NCBI GenBank assembly: GCA_046292385.1
Contig: JBKBRF010000027.1
Location: 1-62,177, forward strand
Direction: 5' to 3'
Length of the DNA stretch: 62,177 nt
From: Armatimonadota bacterium
GTDB taxonomy: Bacteria > Armatimonadota > SYMT01
The notes under the pieces were generated by a model. It did not search any database. It saw nothing but the letters and a program-made list of their open reading frames with translations, and was not told the DNA's origin. This document shows positions 40,817 to 50,534 of the stretch, one piece after another (position 1 is the stretch's first letter; each line of letters opens with the position of its first letter). The translations under genes were made by a program, and so were the position numbers.

Positions 40817-43011
40817 GTCGCCTCCATCTCGGCCACGGTCAGGTCCAGGACCCCGTGGATCGTCAGCCGGTCTCCCTCAACTGCTCCGAGCTCCGCGAAC
40901 GGCACTGCGGCCGCTTCGAGCCGCTGCCGTGCCGCGTCGCTCTTTTCCGGTGACACTGTGACGACCACGCGCGACGGGGCTTCGCCGTAGAGCGCTTCCG
41001 CGGACGCAGTCCACGGCAGCTCCAGCGAAGCGCCCCGGCCTCCCGCGATGCAGCTTTCGGCCACTGCTACCGCGAGACCGCCTTCCGCGCAGTCGTGCGC
41101 CGACTCGACCAGTCCGTCCTGGACGAGTCCGCGCAGCACCTCCTGGAGCCTCAGCTCCAGCTCCAGATCCAGCCGCGCCGGGCGGCCGACTTCCAGGCCG
41201 TGCTCCACCGCGAGGTACTCGCTCGCGGCGAGGCTGCCCCCCGGCTGCAAGTCGCCGAGAAGCCAGACCCGGTCGCCTTCGTTCCGGAAGCCGATCCCGC
41301 CGGAGCGGGCGATGTCCGGAACTACCCCCAGCATACCGATGATCGGCGTCGGATGGATCGGGCCGCTGGGGCTCTCATTATAAAATGAAACATTTCCGCT
41401 CACAACCGCTGCGTCGAAGTCGCGGCACGCGTCGGAGATCCCGCGCACCGCTTCGCGGAACTGGTAGTAGCGGTCCGGCTTGTCCGGATTGCCGAAGTTG
41501 AGCCCGTCGGTAACGATCCGCGGCTCGGCGCCGACGCAGGCAAGGTTCCGCGCGGCTTCCGCCACCAGCAGCCGCGCGCCCTCGTACGGGTCGAGGTAGA
41601 CGAGCCGGCTGCTGCCGTCCATCGTGAGCGCGATCCCCAGCGGCGCGGCTTCCTTGATCCGCAGCACGGCGGCGTCCCCGCCGGGGCCGGCGACGGTGTT
41701 GGTCTGCACCATCGTGTCGTACTGCTCGTAGACCCAGCGCTTGCTGCAGATGTTCGGGGAGCCGAGAAGACGGAGCAGCGCCTGGCCGTGGTCCGCCGGC
41801 TCCGCGAGCGAAGCGACGTCGAACGCCCACGCCTCGCGCAGGTAGGCCGGCTCCTCGGTGGGGAGGTCGTAGCGCGGCGGAGTGGTGAGGAAGTCGGCCG
41901 GGAGCTTCGCCACCTCGCGGCCGCCGTCGAGCACCGTCAGGATGCCGTCGTCGGTCACTTCGCCGATCACCGCGGCCTGGAGACCCCACTTGTCCCGGAA
42001 GATCCGGATCAGGTCGTCCTCGTGCCCCTTCTGCGCCACCAGGAGCATCCGCTCCTGCGACTCGCTCATCAGCACCTCGTACGGCTCCATGCCGGACTCG
42101 CGGCGGGGGATGTTCTGCAGCTCCACCCGCATCCCCATCCCGCCGGCGGCGGCCATCTCGGAGGTGGTGCAGGTAACGCCCGCCGCGCCCATGTCCTTCA
42201 TCGCGACGATGTAGCCGGTCTGCGCCGCCTCCAGGCACGCCTCGATCAGCCGCTTCTCGGTAAACGGGTCGCCGATCTGGACCGTCGGACGCTTCTCCTC
42301 GCCCTCGCCGAACTCGTGGCTGGCCAGCACGGAGCAGCCGCCGATGCCGTCCCGGCCGGTGCTGCTGCCGGCGTAGAGCACCGGGTTGCCGGGGCCGCTC
42401 GCGGCGGAGGAGAGGAGCTGGTCGACCGGCGCCACGCCGACCGCCATCGCGTTGACGAGGCAGTTGCCCAGGTATGACTCGTTGAACTGCACCTCTCCAC
42501 AGACCGTGGGCACGCCGATGGAGTTCCCATAGCCGCCGATGCCGTGCACCACCCCCGCGAGCAGGTAGCGGGTGTACGGGTCCGAGAGGGGGCCGAACCG
42601 CAGCGAGTTGCCGGAGGCGATGGGACGCGCCCCGCAGGTGAAGATGTCCCGCACGATGCCGCCGACGCCGGTCGCCGCGCCCTGGTACGGCTCTACCTGG
42701 GACGGGTGGTTGTGGCTCTCCACCTTCATCACCACCGCCAGTTCCGGCGTGAGGTAGAAGCCGCCGCTGTCCGCGCCGACCAGCACCTCCGCGCGCCGGC
42801 TGGTGTTCGGCAGCATCCGGAGCACGTTCTTGCTCTTGGGATAGCCGCAGTGCTCGCACCATTCCACGGAGAACATCGCGATCTCCGTGATCGTGGGCTG
42901 CCGGCCGAGGCCTTCCAGGATGCGGTCGTACTCGTACTCGGTCAGGCCCCAGTCGTAGGCGGCCTGCCGGAGCTGTGCGGGGGTGAGTTGGGGCTCTGCG
43001 GCTACAGTCAT
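40780..43011 (-). CDS. purL: FGAM synthase subunit PurL (small form)
   Basis: EHC motif, KVESHNHPS, GAATGVGG, DMGAAG, SESQERM, GNVSFYNE. Confidence 0.97.
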   Translation of the reverse strand: MTVAAEPQLTPAQLRQAAYDWGLTEYEYDRILEGLGRQPTITEIAMFSVEWCEHCGYPKSKNVLRMLPNTSRRAEVLVGADSGGFYLTPELAVVMKVESHNHPSQVEPYQGAATGVGGIVRDIFTCGARPIASGNSLRFGPLSDPYTRYLLAGVVHGIGGYGNSIGVPTVCGEVQFNESYLGNCLVNAMAVGVAPVDQLLSSAASGPGNPVLYAGSSTGRDGIGGCSVLASHEFGEGEEKRPTVQIGDPFTEKRLIEACLEAAQTGYIVAMKDMGAAGVTCTTSEMAAAGGMGMRVELQNIPRRESGMEPYEVLMSESQERMLLVAQKGHEDDLIRIFRDKWGLQAAVIGEVTDDGILTVLDGGREVAKLPADFLTTPPRYDLPTEEPAYLREAWAFDVASLAEPADHGQALLRLLGSPNICSKRWVYEQYDTMVQTNTVAGPGGDAAVLRIKEAAPLGIALTMDGSSRLVYLDPYEGARLLVAEAARNLACVGAEPRIVTDGLNFGNPDKPDRYYQFREAVRGISDACRDFDAAVVSGNVSFYNESPSGPIHPTPIIGMLGVVPDIARSGGIGFRNEGDRVWLLGDLQPGGSLAASEYLAVEHGLEVGRPARLDLELELRLQEVLRGLVQDGLVESAHDCAEGGLAVAVAESCIAGGRGASLELPWTASAEALYGEAPSRVVVTVSPEKSDAARQRLEAAAVPFAELGAVEGDRLTIHGVLDLTVAEMEATWERTIPAAMAP

Positions 43012-43025
43012 GTCACTTCTTCAGA

Positions 43026-44942
43026 TCAACGGGCGATCGGCTCGAGCTCGACCCAGCGCGTCTCGACGCCGGTGCCGGTCGGAACGGTCCACTCGCCGCG
43101 GCCGGCGGTGAACAGGTGGGAGGCGCGGCGCTCGCCTCTCTCATCTTTCCACTGGAAGGTCACCTTTGTCGCATCGGCGGCGGGAACCTGGTACGTCAGG
43201 TGCAGCTCCGCGCGGGCGTAGGCGCGGCCGCCGTCGTTCCGGAACCGGACGCGCACCCGGGAGGCGTCCCCGCGCACCGGGACGGAGCCCCAGCAGAGAC
43301 TCTGGGACCAGAAGTCGGCCGGCTCATCCCCCTTCCGGGCGATCTGCCAGTCCTTCACCAGCGGCTGCCACGAGGCGCCGGCATCGAGCGAGTACTCGAT
43401 CTGGTACCGGATGTCGGCATTCGGCGGGTTGCCGGAGAGGACGTGTGCGGCGGCGTGGATGCCGGTCACGCGCTCGCCGCGCGGCGTCGAGAGCTCCAGC
43501 GTCACCGCGGGGGTGCCGAACGCTCCCTCCACCACGTGCGTCCGCGCCTGCTCCAGGTTTGGCCCCGCGGAGACCACCGCCTGTCCGGACGCTTCGAAGG
43601 TGAGCCGGGTCCCGCCGTCCCGCAGGCGTGGCAGCACGGAGGAATTGACCTGGCAGACGGTGGTCACGACCAGGCCGGCGTTCCGCAGCGCGGCGGCGCC
43701 CGCGCCGAGGCGCAGCAGGTACTGGCGGCGTCCCTTCACGTGGTCCGTCAGGTCGAGCGTGCCGTCAAGCCGGCCCGCCTCGCTCCAGGTGCGGCCGCGG
43801 TCGACGCTCACCGCTACCGGAGCGCCGCCGGAGCCCTTCACCACCAGTCCGTTGCGGCCGCCGGGCTGGTAGACGCCCCATTCGCTCGCGTCCGGCGGGG
43901 TGGCGCCGATGATGAACGGCGTGGTGAATTCGAAGGTGACCGCCCCCGGCGTCTCCGCGGCGACGCCTTCCCGGTAGGAGCCGTCGGTGAAGTCCGGCCG
44001 GTAGGTGTAGACCGCGTTCGCGAACCGCGCCTGGCCTTCCCGATAGGGGGCTCCGTTCGTAGAGCCGTGCATCGCCTCCGGTTGGTTCACCCAGGTGAGG
44101 GAGCGCTCCGGACCCGGTACCCCGCCGGTTTGATAGTTACGGCCCCAGAAGACGAAGGTGCGCCCATCCTCCAGCCCGGGGCGCAGATAGCGGCGCAGCG
44201 TCTCCCCACGGCGGAGGTGGACCATCGGCGGCGGACCGCTGTAACCGGCGAAGTACTCCGCCGTGTTGTAGTCCTGGTAAACGCCGCCGTCGCCCGGGTG
44301 CAGCCCGCAGACGAGCCAGCCGCGCTGCTTCTCCGGATTGAAGGCGCGGTTCACCAGGTTCTGCCAGTCCGCCTTCACCTCCGGAATGGAGAGCAGCGCG
44401 GTGCCGGCCCGGTTGAAGACGACGGTGGAGAGATCGTGATCCAGCAGCGCCCACTTCCCCTCGCCGTACTCCCCGCCGGTCAGGTAGACCTCGAACGAGT
44501 TGTGGCCCGCCACCCCCACGCCCCGGCCGCGGCCGTGTCCCAACAGCGCTTCCATCTCCGCGGTCCACTGCGAGTGGGTCGTGCCGCAGAGCCCGAAGCC
44601 GTGGGCGAACAGCCCGGTCCAGTACTCGCGCGTCCGCAGGTCGCCCCCGCTGAACCCCTTCCCCCAGAGGTCCTCCGCGCCTTCCTCGCCGTGCCAGTAG
44701 TGGGTGTTGCGCCAGAACCAGGAGGCCAGCGCCTTCTGCTCGTCGGTCTTCGGATCGATGCCGGTCACCCGCCGGTACTGCTCCGCCTGCGTGGCGAAGA
44801 GCCGCTCGAAGGTGGAGCAGGCCAGCTCGCCCGGATACCACGGGTGGTCCGTGCGCACCTGCGGGTCCCCCACGCCGGCTGTCACCGGGGCAGCGGCCAG
44901 GATTGCCACCGTGGTGGATACGAGCGCGGCCCGGATGGACAC
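43026..44942 (-). CDS. Secreted protein with a transglutaminase-like Cys-His-Asp region and beta-rich C-terminal domains
   Basis: Signal peptide; GFGLCG...GHNSFEVY...KWALLD pattern; tight spacing to purQ and purL. Confidence 0.7.
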   Translation of the reverse strand: MSIRAALVSTTVAILAAAPVTAGVGDPQVRTDHPWYPGELACSTFERLFATQAEQYRRVTGIDPKTDEQKALASWFWRNTHYWHGEEGAEDLWGKGFSGGDLRTREYWTGLFAHGFGLCGTTHSQWTAEMEALLGHGRGRGVGVAGHNSFEVYLTGGEYGEGKWALLDHDLSTVVFNRAGTALLSIPEVKADWQNLVNRAFNPEKQRGWLVCGLHPGDGGVYQDYNTAEYFAGYSGPPPMVHLRRGETLRRYLRPGLEDGRTFVFWGRNYQTGGVPGPERSLTWVNQPEAMHGSTNGAPYREGQARFANAVYTYRPDFTDGSYREGVAAETPGAVTFEFTTPFIIGATPPDASEWGVYQPGGRNGLVVKGSGGAPVAVSVDRGRTWSEAGRLDGTLDLTDHVKGRRQYLLRLGAGAAALRNAGLVVTTVCQVNSSVLPRLRDGGTRLTFEASGQAVVSAGPNLEQARTHVVEGAFGTPAVTLELSTPRGERVTGIHAAAHVLSGNPPNADIRYQIEYSLDAGASWQPLVKDWQIARKGDEPADFWSQSLCWGSVPVRGDASRVRVRFRNDGGRAYARAELHLTYQVPAADATKVTFQWKDERGERRASHLFTAGRGEWTVPTGTGVETRWVELEPIAR

Positions 44943-44947
44943 GTTGC

Positions 44948-45697
44948 TTAGCCCTCGCTGTTAGCCCGTCCGAAGGAGCGGACGATGCTCTCGAACATCC
45001 GGCGGCCGTCGACCGAGCCGAGCTCTTCCTCGCTGGCGCGCTCCGGGTGGGGCATCAGGCCCATCACGTTGCCGCGCTCGTTGCTGATCCCGGCGATGTG
45101 GGCGGTGGCGCCGTTCGGGTTGGCGACCTCCGACAGCTCGCCCGCGGGGTCGCAGTAGCGCAGCAGGATCTGGCGGTTCTCTTCCATCCGCGCCAGCACG
45201 TCCGGATCGGCGTAGTAGTTGCCTTCCCCGTGGGCGATCGGGATCCTGAGCACCTCGCCCTCGCGGTAGCCGCTCAGGAACGGGGAGTCGGTGTTCTCCA
45301 CGCGCAGGTGGACCCAGCGGCAGACGTAGCCCTTGCGGTTGCGGAGCATGGCGCCGGGGAGCAGGCCCGCCTCCAGCAGCACCTGGAATCCGTTGCAGAT
45401 TCCGATCACCGGCTTGCCGGTCTCCGCGAAGCGGGTCACGGCGTCCATGATCGGGCTGAACCGGGCCACGGCGCCGGCGCGGAGGTAGTCGCCGTGGGCG
45501 AAGCCTCCGGGCAGCACCAGGCCGTCGTAGCAGGAGAGGTCCTGCTCCGCGTGCCAGACGATCTCCGCCTCGTAGCCGAGCACGTCCCGCAGCACGTGCA
45601 CGGTGTCGTGCTCACAGTTCGAGCCGGGAAACAGAACGACTCCCCACCGGAACGTCCGGGACGGGGAGTCGGAAAGGGTGGGGGCGGCGACGGTCAT
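44948..45697 (-). CDS. purQ: FGAM synthase glutaminase subunit PurQ
   Basis: FPGSNC, PGGFAHGDYLRAG, GICNGFQ, AHGEGNY, GLMPHPER. Confidence 0.97.
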   Translation of the reverse strand: MTVAAPTLSDSPSRTFRWGVVLFPGSNCEHDTVHVLRDVLGYEAEIVWHAEQDLSCYDGLVLPGGFAHGDYLRAGAVARFSPIMDAVTRFAETGKPVIGICNGFQVLLEAGLLPGAMLRNRKGYVCRWVHLRVENTDSPFLSGYREGEVLRIPIAHGEGNYYADPDVLARMEENRQILLRYCDPAGELSEVANPNGATAHIAGISNERGNVMGLMPHPERASEEELGSVDGRRMFESIVRSFGRANSEG

Positions 45698-45940
45698 CTA
45701 CCCCTCCGACGACATGGAGATCGAATACTGCTCGATCACCGGGTTAGCGAGGAGCTGGTTACACATCTCGCGGACCTGCGCCTCGTCCGTTCCCGGCGCC
45801 AGGTCGAGCTCTACGTACTTCCCCAGGTGGACATCCTGCACTCCCTCGAAGCCGAGGCTGTGGAGGGCGTTCTTCACCACCGCTCCCTGGGCGTCCAGGA
45901 CGGTGGGCTTGAGACGGATCATGATCCGGGCTTTTGGCAT
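45698..45940 (-). CDS. purS: FGAM synthase subunit PurS
   Basis: LKPTVLDAQG, GKYVEL, LLANPVIE. Confidence 0.95.
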   Translation of the reverse strand: MPKARIMIRLKPTVLDAQGAVVKNALHSLGFEGVQDVHLGKYVELDLAPGTDEAQVREMCNQLLANPVIEQYSISMSSEG

Positions 45941-46100
45941 GCGATTCGGCCTCACCCGGCGTGCGACAGCCAGCAGAAAGGGCCGCGCGTTCCGGGTCTA
46001 GCGACGCCTAATCATAACCGTCCGCGGCCCCAGAGAGCAACCATCGAACGGAGCGCGCCCGCTTCGAGCCCGGAGAGGGAGGAGTGGGCCGCTCGCTCGC

Positions 46101-48770
46101 CTACGGGGCCTCAGGATCGCGGCTGAGCTCCGCGACGAACGAGTCGATCAGCCGGGCCTCGCCGCCCTGGAGCTTGCCGCCGGAGGCGTCGGTCAGGTAG
46201 AAGGCGTCGCGGACGCGGTCTCCCTTGGTGTTGATACGGGCGCTGTGGATGTTCCAGCCGAGCGCGGCGCAGGCGCGGGTGATGCGGAAGAGGAGGGCGG
46301 GCTGGTCGTCGGCCTCGATCTCGAGGACCGAGTGGGCTTCCGCGACGTCCTGGTGGATCCGGATCCGCTCCGGCGGCGTGACAGTGGGGTAGCGGTGCCG
46401 GCGCCGGAGGATCACCTCTTCCACGTCGCCGCTCTTGAGCACGGCGACGAGGTCCTGCTCCACCTCCATCCGCTTGATGGGCGGGACGGGGCGGTCGCGG
46501 AAGTCGACCCACAGCGTGTCGAGCGCGAGGGCGGGCTCGCCGCTGCTGCCGGCGGCGCGGGTGAAGACCTGTGCGCCGTGGACGCCGATCTCGTGCGCGT
46601 AGAGGACCCCGGCGATGCGAGAGAGCAGGCCTGGCTCCGGCCGCTCCACCGTGCAGACGTGGAGGGTGGTGACGTCCTCGCCCTGCTCGCTCTCGAACTC
46701 GACCACCGGCCCGTCGTGCTGCAGCGCCTCGACCATCCGCACGTGGAGCGCGATCTGCTGCGTCGGCGTGTTGACCAGGTAGGAGACCGGCATCCCTTCC
46801 GTATGCTGGCGGATCTGCTCCGGCGTGAGGTTGGCGGAGGCGAGCTGCCGGGAGAGGCGGCTGCGGAAGCGGCGGGCGCGCTCGTCGCCGGCCGCCGCCG
46901 GCGCGGCTCCCATCAGCGCGGATTCGGCGCGGTAGTAGAGATCCAGCAGGAACCGGATCTTCATGGAGGTCAGGACGCCGGTCGCCTCCATGTCCGCGTA
47001 GGTGAGCAGCGTCAGCATATTCAGCAGCTCGACCGAGTCGATGACCTCGGTGAAATCCTGGATCGTCTTCTCCAGGGTGAGGTCCCGGAGCTGGGCGGTC
47101 TCGGACATCAACAGGTGGTGCCGGACCAGCGCGCTGACGCGGGCCACGGAGGGCGGGTCGAGGGAGAGCCGGCGGCAGATCTCCTCCGCCATGCCGGCGC
47201 CCAGCTCCGCGTGGCCCTTCTCCGGCGCGATCTTGCCGACGTCGTGGAGCAGCACGGCGAGGATCAGGATCCCCGGCGCGTCGATCTCGGACCAGATCCG
47301 GCGGAACTCCGCCAGGCGCTCGTCTTCCGTCGTGCGGAGCACCTCCAGGGCCTTCACCGCCTCCAGGCAGTGGAAGCCGATCGTGTGGCGGTGGACCTGA
47401 TCGAACGGCACACGGCGGAACGCTTCGCCGATCTCCGGGATCAGGCGCTGGAGAATGCCCATCTCCGCCATCTTCCGCAGCGTCTCGTAAGCGCCCGGGA
47501 GGCGGCCGACTTCCGACGGCGCCGGCGGGCGCAGCAGCGAGAGGAAGTCGTCCGACGTCTCGGAGTCACCGCCCAGCGGGGCGCAGTCGTCCAGGTACTG
47601 CGCCACCATGCGCCGCAGCTCGTAGCCGGGCGTGAGGCCATGCTCGTGGCACTCGACGAACATGTCTACCAGGAACCGGGGAGAGCCGGTCTTGACCCAG
47701 GAGTAGGCGGGCACCAGCTCGTTCCCGGAGCAGGCCAGCTCGTCAGTGAGGCTCAGGCGCTCGGCCAGGCAGCGGTCGACCACGAACCGGGAGATGCGCG
47801 CCACGTTCTCCGCGTGCTGATAGAAGCGCTCCATAAAGCGCTCCACCCGGCAGGCGTGGTCGTCGTCCTTGAAGCCCAGCGCCTCCGCCAGCAGCTCCTG
47901 GCGCTCCCGCACCAGGAGATCGGCCTGCCGGCCGGCGTGCCAGTGCATCCAGGTCCGGACGGTGAGCAGGAACTCCCGCGCGGCGGCGACCTGCTGCGCC
48001 TCGCCGCGCGTGACGACGCCCAGCTTCTGGAGCTGGCGCCATACGTCGCCGCGAGTGGAGGGGAAGGAGACCGCGGCGACCCACTCCGCGATCTGGAGGT
48101 CGCGCAGGCCGCCGGGGCCTTCTCGCAGCTCCGGCTCGATCCGGTGGAGTGCGCTGCCGTGCTTCTCGATCACCTGCTGGCGCTCCAGCAGCTTCCGCCG
48201 CACGAAGGCGGCGGGCCAGATGTGCCGGGCCAGCTCCAGGCCGAAGACGTTCGTGAGCGAGTGGCTGCCGCCAATGACGCGGAGGTCGAGCAGCGAGGTC
48301 TGCGTCTGGTGGTCGAGCTGAGCCACGTCGGCCGGGCTGCGGTAGCCGTAGCCCACCTTCAGCCCGCAGCGCTGGCTGAACACCTCCATCAGCAGCAGGA
48401 ACATGGAGCGGACGGTGGCGTCGAGCGTCGGCTCGTCCTCCTCCGCAACGATGAAGGTGACGTCGATATCGGAGTAAGGGCAGAGCTCCCGCCGTCCGTA
48501 GCCGCCGGTCGCCACGATCGAGATCTTGTGGCGGATCGCCTCCCAGCCGAGCGGGTCTTCCGGCCGCGCCAGCATCAGCATCCGCCCGATGACCTGGTCG
48601 CAGACATCGGTGAGCGCGCGGCAGGCGCGCAGCCCCTGCGGCTGCTGCAGGTTGGCGTCTCGCAGGCGCTCGCGAGCCCGCGTTAGAGCCGCCGCCAGCT
48701 CCTCTGGCGTGCTCGCCTGCGCCAGCTCGGCGCGGTCCAACGCTGTCCGGGCGCCAGGGGGGGAAGGCAT
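46101..48770 (-). CDS. glnD: [Protein-PII] uridylyltransferase/UMP-removing enzyme
   Basis: ATGGYGRRELCPYSDID, GPGGLRDLQ, HD domain (LLHDVGK, HHLLMS), two C-terminal ACT domains (D.PALL, DAFYLTD). Confidence 0.92.
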   Translation of the reverse strand: MPSPPGARTALDRAELAQASTPEELAAALTRARERLRDANLQQPQGLRACRALTDVCDQVIGRMLMLARPEDPLGWEAIRHKISIVATGGYGRRELCPYSDIDVTFIVAEEDEPTLDATVRSMFLLLMEVFSQRCGLKVGYGYRSPADVAQLDHQTQTSLLDLRVIGGSHSLTNVFGLELARHIWPAAFVRRKLLERQQVIEKHGSALHRIEPELREGPGGLRDLQIAEWVAAVSFPSTRGDVWRQLQKLGVVTRGEAQQVAAAREFLLTVRTWMHWHAGRQADLLVRERQELLAEALGFKDDDHACRVERFMERFYQHAENVARISRFVVDRCLAERLSLTDELACSGNELVPAYSWVKTGSPRFLVDMFVECHEHGLTPGYELRRMVAQYLDDCAPLGGDSETSDDFLSLLRPPAPSEVGRLPGAYETLRKMAEMGILQRLIPEIGEAFRRVPFDQVHRHTIGFHCLEAVKALEVLRTTEDERLAEFRRIWSEIDAPGILILAVLLHDVGKIAPEKGHAELGAGMAEEICRRLSLDPPSVARVSALVRHHLLMSETAQLRDLTLEKTIQDFTEVIDSVELLNMLTLLTYADMEATGVLTSMKIRFLLDLYYRAESALMGAAPAAAGDERARRFRSRLSRQLASANLTPEQIRQHTEGMPVSYLVNTPTQQIALHVRMVEALQHDGPVVEFESEQGEDVTTLHVCTVERPEPGLLSRIAGVLYAHEIGVHGAQVFTRAAGSSGEPALALDTLWVDFRDRPVPPIKRMEVEQDLVAVLKSGDVEEVILRRRHRYPTVTPPERIRIHQDVAEAHSVLEIEADDQPALLFRITRACAALGWNIHSARINTKGDRVRDAFYLTDASGGKLQGGEARLIDSFVAELSRDPEAP

Positions 48771-48863
48771 CGTGAGACTCCCGGGAGCGGTGCGGGGACC
48801 GCCCTCCGGGACCATTGTATCGTCCGGTCCATACTCCGGAAGCCAGAGCGCCGGAGAGGTTCC

Positions 48864-48889
48864 GGTTGAGAGGTGCGCCATCTGGGTAG
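48864..48889 (+). promoter_or_regulatory. Candidate SigB/SigF-type promoter (GGTTG-N15-GGGTAG)
   Basis: Resembles the GTTT-N-GGGTA consensus; about 95 bp upstream of the GG-ending small ORF. Confidence 0.4.
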
Positions 48890-48984
48890 GAACCAACTGA
48901 GCGCGCTTCGGGGCGAGCCTGCGAGCCCGGAGCTAGCAGAGACGAGAGCTGGAAGAGAGCGCCGCGAGCGTCGGGAGAGATGAG

Positions 48985-49206
48985 ATGGGTATGATCCGCT
49001 GGATGAGCGCCGCCGGTGACACACAGGTGGCCTGGGACGAAACCGACACCGCCTCGCTGGAGCGCGCGCGGGAGATGATCGAGCGCGCATACCAGGAAGG
49101 CCGGGGTGTCTTTGCCATCGACGACGAGGGCGTCGGCACTCGTCTGCACCAGTTCGATCCGAAGGTGCGCAGCATCGTCGTGACCCCACCGATCTGCGGT
49201 GGGTAG
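48985..49206 (+). CDS. Small putative ubiquitin-like (beta-grasp) protein ending in PPICGG
   Basis: GGGAGAG RBS; 73 aa; predicted beta-beta-alpha-beta-beta-beta pattern; C-terminal Gly-Gly directly before TAG. Confidence 0.7.
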   Translation: MGMIRWMSAAGDTQVAWDETDTASLERAREMIERAYQEGRGVFAIDDEGVGTRLHQFDPKVRSIVVTPPICGG

Positions 49207-49306
49207 CGCCACATTTCGCTTTAGGCACCGCGGGTCCGGCCGGGAGCGGCCGGGCCCAGTCTCATTTAGCCGTCGCCCTCACTCCACTTAAACGATACCG
49301 TCCGCT

Positions 49307-49918
49307 ATGTATCCCGAGCTCGACTCTCCCAGCGTGCGCGCGGACCAGCTCCTGCGCGACGTCCTCGGCACCGCCGCCTACCAGCGCCTGAAAGAAGTGG
49401 GCTACCTGGACCTGCCGTCCGGGAAGCGGCCGGGCCGGATCTACCGCCTCGACAGCCTGGGAAACCTCTCGTACCGCGATCCCGGCGACACCGCCTTCCA
49501 TACCAGCCTCTGCGTGCAGCCGACCGAGGCGGTGCCGCGCGACGACCAGGTGGTGATGCGCTACCTGCTGGTCACCGCGGATGAGGAGCGGCTGCTGCGG
49601 ACGGCGAACCCGATCAGCTTCACCTTCACTTCGCTGGCGCGGGCACTGCAGCACGACTTCTCCCAGCGATTCGCTCCGGCTACGGCCTGGGCGCTCACGA
49701 TGCTGGCGATCGTCGTTTCGATAGCGTCACTGATCGGCGAGGCTGCGGTGCTCTACCACTCGATGTCGCTGCACCCAGGGGCGACGCTGGCGCTCTTCCT
49801 GGTCCTCTTCCTGCCGGCGCTGATCGGGATCGTCCTGGCGGCGGCAGCCGTGGCGGAGGTGTGGCGAGCGATCTCGGTCTGGAAGGCGCGGCTCCGGCTG
49901 GAGACTGCCTCCGGGTAG
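49307..49918 (+). CDS. Hypothetical protein: ~100-aa soluble domain with a single Cys (SLCVQP) + two C-terminal TM helices
   Basis: Coding-like ORF co-oriented with the GG protein; hydrophobic helices in the C-terminal third. Confidence 0.75.
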   Translation: MYPELDSPSVRADQLLRDVLGTAAYQRLKEVGYLDLPSGKRPGRIYRLDSLGNLSYRDPGDTAFHTSLCVQPTEAVPRDDQVVMRYLLVTADEERLLRTANPISFTFTSLARALQHDFSQRFAPATAWALTMLAIVVSIASLIGEAAVLYHSMSLHPGATLALFLVLFLPALIGIVLAAAAVAEVWRAISVWKARLRLETASG

Positions 49919-50093
49919 CCGGCTGCGCGCCAGGGTGAGTGGGGGAGGGATGTAGGGCTGCCATCCCGCCCCGCGCCGGTCGCTTCCCGGCCAGGCGCCG
50001 GCAGTCTCGCTCGACCGGCTCCTGGTGGAACGTTTTTGTGGACAACGGCCGCCCGTTCTATTAAATGGTAAGGGGTCCCCTCCCTCGTTGCGG

Positions 50094-50121
50094 GGTTTCC
50101 GGGACGGCCGAACTGGGGTAT
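50094..50121 (+). promoter_or_regulatory. Candidate SigB/SigF-type promoter (GGTTT-N17-GGGTAT)
   Basis: Matches the actinobacterial SigF-type consensus, 35 bp upstream of the STAS gene. Confidence 0.55.
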
Positions 50122-50156
50122 CGTCTCGTTATCCCACCTTACTGCTGGAGTGCCCT

Positions 50157-50501
50157 ATGCTCAGCCCTGAAGAAGCGCAGGATTCGCCCCCTGCACCCCA
50201 AGATCACGTGTACGAGATTCCTCAGGAGAGCATCGACGCCAGTACCGCCTGGGACGTGCGGCCGGCCCTCTTGAAGGCGCTCTACTCCAACGGCCCTGTC
50301 CTCTGGGTGGACCTCCGGAAGGTGAGCTTTATCGACAGCACCGGCCTGGGAATGCTGGTCGGCGTGCTGAAGGAAGCCCGGGAAATGAACGGCGACTTGC
50401 GGCTCATGAACGCCGGACGCGAGGTGCGCCGCATCCTGCAGGTCACGGGGCTGGAGGCGCTGTTCGAGGCGCGCCCGCCGGAGGCGATGGCCGCCACTTA
50501 G
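50157..50501 (+). CDS. STAS domain anti-sigma factor antagonist (RsbV/SpoIIAA-like)
   Basis: VDLRKVSFIDSTGLGML phospho-Ser motif; VRRILQVTGL. Confidence 0.9.
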   Translation: MLSPEEAQDSPPAPQDHVYEIPQESIDASTAWDVRPALLKALYSNGPVLWVDLRKVSFIDSTGLGMLVGVLKEAREMNGDLRLMNAGREVRRILQVTGLEALFEARPPEAMAAT

Positions 50502-50534
50502 ACGGGCGCCCGCGCAAATGCGGACGGAAGACGC

